A DNA stretch of 64,000 bases from Promethearchaeota archaeon (lineage in GTDB: Archaea > Asgardarchaeota > Lokiarchaeia > Sigyniarchaeales > SOKP01), in the NCBI GenBank assembly GCA_048938445.1, contig JBHLME010000002.1, positions 16,092-80,091 of the forward strand. The letters are read 5' to 3'. Below, piece after piece: positions 59,796 through 64,000 of the stretch; position 1 is the first letter of the stretch, and each line of letters starts with the position of its first letter. Position numbers and translations under genes: made by a program. The notes below the pieces were generated by a model. The model saw only the letters and a list, made by a program, of their open reading frames with translations, had not been told where the DNA came from and made no database searches.

Positions 59796-60446
59796 ATGGA
59801 AAATATAAATGAAATTGAGTTGAGGGCACATGAAAATTCTATTATAGCAAAAAAAGAAATTGTATTTGCTGATGAATTAAAAAAATTTGCAAAGGAAGAG
59901 TTAAAAAAAGCTCAAGCAAGGGAAGCATTAATAAGAAGAGATTTGAGTCTTGCTCAAATTGGTGAAGAATTAGCAAAAGAAAACAGAAAAATAGCTGAAA
60001 AAAAAACAAAATCAAAACATTTATTAAAAATTCCAGAAATCCTATTAGAACGCGATAAAGAATTCTCTGTTTATAATGAAAAACTATCCCATAATCAGAA
60101 ACAAATCGCAGAAATTAATAAAGAAATCGCTAAATTAGAAAGAAAAATAGGTCAAAAACGAATAGATTTAGCTAAAGAAAAAAAAAAGTTAGCAAAAATA
60201 AGGTTATCTATATCTAAAAAACAATTTGAATATGTTAAAGCAATAAAAGAAAAGCATAAAAAAATTAAAGCTAAAGATATTAAAGCTCAAATTAAAGATG
60301 AACAAAACGAACTGAACAATGCAAGAAATGATGTTTTAGAATTAGAAAATGATATCCGCAAAAAATCAAATAAAATTGCAGACTTAAAAGGAAAGTTATC
60401 AATAAAACTAGCAGATTACGGGAAAATAAGATATAATTATGAATAA
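59796..60446 (+). CDS. All-helical coiled-coil protein, paralog 3 (BAR-like?)
   Basis: 216 aa; same motif order as the other two; very Lys-rich. Confidence 0.7.
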   Translation: MENINEIELRAHENSIIAKKEIVFADELKKFAKEELKKAQAREALIRRDLSLAQIGEELAKENRKIAEKKTKSKHLLKIPEILLERDKEFSVYNEKLSHNQKQIAEINKEIAKLERKIGQKRIDLAKEKKKLAKIRLSISKKQFEYVKAIKEKHKKIKAKDIKAQIKDEQNELNNARNDVLELENDIRKKSNKIADLKGKLSIKLADYGKIRYNYE

Positions 60447-60492
60447 CTCATAATTTTTAGTAATTAAGAAAAGGTAAATAGAGAATAAAAGC

Positions 60493-61134
60493 TTATATTT
60501 TTATCTTACAGAGTTTGATATGACGACATTCTGTCTTACGGAAAGTATAGTTAGGACAGGTACATGACCAAGTACCATTTTCATTTAATTTAACGGTATA
60601 CTTTTTATTTGGATCCTTTGAACTTTCAATTTCCCATTCTCTTACCATACTTTTGAATTTCTGTTTTTGTTTCATATTTATTTTTATTGGATTTTCAGCA
60701 ACTTCTAAATTTAAGAAAAATTTTTCAATATTATCAATCCCATGAGCTTTCGGATTTACTTTTAGTGCAAAATTATCAAATTGAGTAGGTGTATAATTCA
60801 CTTGAACATTTTGATTTTTAAAGAATTTTATATACTTACATCCATAAGGCAATTTTTTTTTTTCTTTTATATAATCTATTAACTTTTGAGCCAAAACTTG
60901 TTTAACAAATTCATTTTTAATTAATTTAGTTCCTTTATCTAAGACTATATGATATCTCACGCTTGGAAATCTCTCACCTTCTTTGATTTCTTTATGGATG
61001 AAGATATCATCTTTATTTGCATCATGATTTTTCAAATTATCTATTTGATTTAAAAATCCAAAATTGGCGGAATGGATGTGCTCCCACCAATTTCCACGCA
61101 AATCATCTTGAATGTTAGTAATATCAATTTTCAT
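60493..61134 (-). CDS. SWIM zinc-finger domain protein
   Basis: C-terminal YTVKL...WSCTCPNY...ECRHI. Confidence 0.8.
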   Translation of the reverse strand: MKIDITNIQDDLRGNWWEHIHSANFGFLNQIDNLKNHDANKDDIFIHKEIKEGERFPSVRYHIVLDKGTKLIKNEFVKQVLAQKLIDYIKEKKKLPYGCKYIKFFKNQNVQVNYTPTQFDNFALKVNPKAHGIDNIEKFFLNLEVAENPIKINMKQKQKFKSMVREWEIESSKDPNKKYTVKLNENGTWSCTCPNYTFRKTECRHIKLCKIKI

Positions 61135-61235
61135 TGGAAAATGGATTATTAGATTTAATTTTAATGTTTTTTTTCGATGAATGTTATATTTAAATTTTTT
61201 AAATATAAAATAATAAAAAAATTGAGATAGAATTA

Positions 61236-61745
61236 TTATTTATCAAGTACCTCCTTAACAACTGTCTTTGTCAATCTTGCCATAATAATTAAAATTCCTT
61301 GAAGAATTAAACAAAGAACTAATATCCCTATTAATATACAAATAAATAAGATAAATAAGGACTGTCCAAAAGTTGGAATTATAACGAATTGGTAAAACAA
61401 GAACAATGCATAGAAAATTGCTGCACTAAAGAATCCTATAGCTGTGATCCATAATATTAAAACTACTTTTTCTGCTAAAGTTTCAGAAGGAAAATCTTCT
61501 TCAGTACCTAAGTAGTCTACAAATTTATCACGAATTCGCATAAAAAGGCCTATTCCAACTAAAGTGACCAAGCAAGAACATCCTAGCGCTATAAGTACAG
61601 TTAATACAATGATTTCCGAAGAAAAGAGATTCAAACTTACAAGCAAAACAATTGATAGAATATAGAATATCAAGAAAAATCCAATAAATATCTCTATTAG
61701 GAATGTGATCGTATAAGCATATTTATAAAATTTATATAAATCCAT
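61236..61745 (-). CDS. Four-TM membrane protein
   Basis: Two hydrophobic hairpins. Confidence 0.6.
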   Translation of the reverse strand: MDLYKFYKYAYTITFLIEIFIGFFLIFYILSIVLLVSLNLFSSEIIVLTVLIALGCSCLVTLVGIGLFMRIRDKFVDYLGTEEDFPSETLAEKVVLILWITAIGFFSAAIFYALFLFYQFVIIPTFGQSLFILFICILIGILVLCLILQGILIIMARLTKTVVKEVLDK

Positions 61746-62173
61746 AAGATATTTTTAGTAAAATTCAATATATATAATTTATATATATAATTTATTAAGG
61801 ACTAGTTTTAACGATAAAAATTTGTTATTAACAAATTTAAATTTTATAAACAAATCAAAAATTTTTTTTTTAAGAAGGAAAAGACTATAGTTCTAAATAA
61901 AATTATATAGGTAGAAATTAAAATAAATTAGAAAATGAAGATGCTAAATCCTAAACTCTGTAAAATGAATACCAAGTAAATTATTAGCATTAAATATGCC
62001 GCCTTTTTATTAATTGTTCTTTTGGTTGTAATTAAATACCATAAGTATAATGTGGAAATTAAAACAAAAAATTGATTTGAAAGAAGATATGATTCATCAA
62101 TTTGCACAGAGTGAAAAATTAAAAAAGTATGGACTAATTAGATTGAGGGCTCCAATTTAATTATAACAAAAAA

Positions 62174-63094
62174 TTAAAGACATGTCTCATTTTTTTTTGA
62201 AACTCTGTAAATAATATCAAAGATTTCTTTAGCAATAACTGGTTGATATTTAAAAATTTTTTCGGAATCAAAAGTTAAGATTCTGAATTTAACAAAGATG
62301 CTCTGAGTAAAATTCACTATATCAAATTTAGGTTTAATTCTGAAGATTCCATTAGATCTATATGATTCACATAATTTTTCTACTTCCTCAATCATTAATT
62401 TAAATCCTCGATAAGGAAATGCCATTCGAAAAGTAAAATTATATAAATTAGGGTAATATCTTGATTTAAAAGTGTCATATGCTTGTTTTAATTCCTTTTC
62501 AATATTTAAGATACTCTCTTCAGATTCTTCAGCTATATCTAATAAATTTTGATCTTGTGGTGCTATGACCTTCCTTTTAAAATCTTCAAAACTTTTTTTT
62601 TTACCAAGTTTAACCGTGTAATTTACTATATTCGTTGAAAGTAATTGTTGATTTGATTTTTCAATAAATACATTGTCAAAGGTTTCAAGTAATATCTTGG
62701 TTAAACCTATTGCCCTAATTATTCCTTTATCTTTTTCTAATTTAACAAGATCACCAACATCAAAGGGTCTAATCAACATCAATACTATTCCAGAGACTAA
62801 ATTTGCAAAAATTCCACTAGATGCGAAAGCAATTGCCGTACTAATTGCTCCTGTAAGAATTGATCTATATTCTTCTGGTATGACTAAAAATAAGGGAAAT
62901 CCTTCAATGATAAAATATATTATCACGAGAACAGTAAGAATTCTAAGAGCAAACGAGGCTAAGATTTTTTGTTTTAAAGGAATTCTTGAACTCTTCTCTA
63001 AAAATCGAAAAACGATTTTGTTTAATAAATATAATATGGCAATAAGGATAATTAAAAAAATTAATGCCTGCCAATCGGTTTCAAAGATTGCCAT
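62174..63094 (-). CDS. MscS-family mechanosensitive channel
   Basis: AIAFASSGIFANLVSGIVLMLIRPFDVGDLV, G-I-I-L-T-D-F-N. Confidence 0.85.
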   Translation of the reverse strand: MAIFETDWQALIFLIILIAILYLLNKIVFRFLEKSSRIPLKQKILASFALRILTVLVIIYFIIEGFPLFLVIPEEYRSILTGAISTAIAFASSGIFANLVSGIVLMLIRPFDVGDLVKLEKDKGIIRAIGLTKILLETFDNVFIEKSNQQLLSTNIVNYTVKLGKKKSFEDFKRKVIAPQDQNLLDIAEESEESILNIEKELKQAYDTFKSRYYPNLYNFTFRMAFPYRGFKLMIEEVEKLCESYRSNGIFRIKPKFDIVNFTQSIFVKFRILTFDSEKIFKYQPVIAKEIFDIIYRVSKKNETCL

Positions 63095-63097
63095 GAG

Positions 63098-63931
63098 TTA
63101 TTTGTTCCCCTCTTTTCTATTTGAACTATTATTATTCCATCCAAAAAAGATCTCGTCCTTGTATATTTCGTAAACTATATCTCTTAAAAACAGATCAGTA
63201 TGACTTAAAATCAATTCGGGTTTTTTGGTAAGAATTTGCAGTGTAATGCTTAATCGAACTCTTGGACCTGTAACCGAATTATTTGCATAATAATATGGTC
63301 TAATCCCAAATATTTCTTCATATTTATCAAAAATAGGAGATAAAATTGAATCTAGTTTATCAACATCGACATTATTCATTAATTCTAATACTTTAACATA
63401 TCGTGTTATCTTCTCTTCTTTAGTTATTATTTTACTAACTTTTTTGAGTGTAGCTTTAAGGTCAATTTTTTTATCTCTCTTCAATGGTCTATGGGTATAC
63501 TTAGTAACCGACGCATTGAATGCGTTTTTATTAGGTATATAGGTAATGGAACCATCAAAAGAAATTAATTTAATATGATTTAAAGTGATTTCTTGTACTC
63601 TTCCTTCAATACCACCTATCTCCAAATAATCACCTGCTTCAAAACCTCCTGACGACAATAACATTATCCCAGATGCTATATTATTAATTATGTTTTGAAA
63701 TGTAAGGGAAATAGCAACCACCAAGAAGGAAATAATTGCTATGAAATAAGTAGGAGATAGGTAAAATATGAGTGAAAAAATAAAGACTAACCAAATAATG
63801 TTTATAATTAGTATTGAAATATACTTAGTTAGGATATTTTTAATAATACTTTCAATGATATCTATAAAAATAGTTCTGGCAATGTATACTAATATATTTA
63901 AAATAATTAGATTTAATAAAATCTGATCCAA
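63098..63931 (-). CDS. MscS-family mechanosensitive channel
   Basis: ISLTFQNIINNIASGIML, FEAGDYLEIGGIEGRVQEITL, YIPN. Confidence 0.85.
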   Translation of the reverse strand: MDQILLNLIILNILVYIARTIFIDIIESIIKNILTKYISILIINIIWLVFIFSLIFYLSPTYFIAIISFLVVAISLTFQNIINNIASGIMLLSSGGFEAGDYLEIGGIEGRVQEITLNHIKLISFDGSITYIPNKNAFNASVTKYTHRPLKRDKKIDLKATLKKVSKIITKEEKITRYVKVLELMNNVDVDKLDSILSPIFDKYEEIFGIRPYYYANNSVTGPRVRLSITLQILTKKPELILSHTDLFLRDIVYEIYKDEIFFGWNNNSSNRKEGNK

Positions 63932-64000
63932 ACCAGGTAAGAAATAGATCGAAATTCCAATTACTATAAGAATTATATATAAAATGGCTTTTATTATTTT

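Noticed and set aside
62050-62160. 36-codon plus-strand ORF MWKLKQKIDL...
   Set aside because: No motif or clear ribosome-binding site; possibly a gene remnant but unsupported.

Overview
AT-rich archaeal chromosomal DNA, most consistent with an Asgard archaeon (Lokiarchaeia-like). It encodes five Rab-like small GTPases, several longin/roadblock proteins, an eL22-like ribosomal protein, aIF-1A, aIF-2gamma, Spt5, TFS, Cdc48, form III RuBisCO with ribose-1,5-bisphosphate isomerase, PSTK/Kti12, a Tes-like radical SAM enzyme, and assorted transporters and metabolic genes. I saw no mobile element, tRNA or CRISPR array. The main discovery is non-coding, on the minus strand at 10551-10669: a stand-alone, circularly permuted 5S rRNA gene. 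Its 3' half precedes its 5' half, and the usual 5'/3' ends are joined by a UACG tetraloop. The leader and trailer pair into a long stem containing a bulge-helix-bulge-type motif. Canonical cleavage and ligation at that motif would rebuild the conserved CCGAACUCAGAA-GUUAA junction and give a 119-nt circle. Other leads: an unexplained 119-nt structured element (42635-42753), three paralogous BAR-like coiled-coil proteins, a Rab-PPC-Rab-V4R-Rab cluster, a 7TM-longin fusion, an HhH-aIF-2gamma fusion and a 35-aa repeat protein. All family calls come from motif recognition by eye; no database searches were run.
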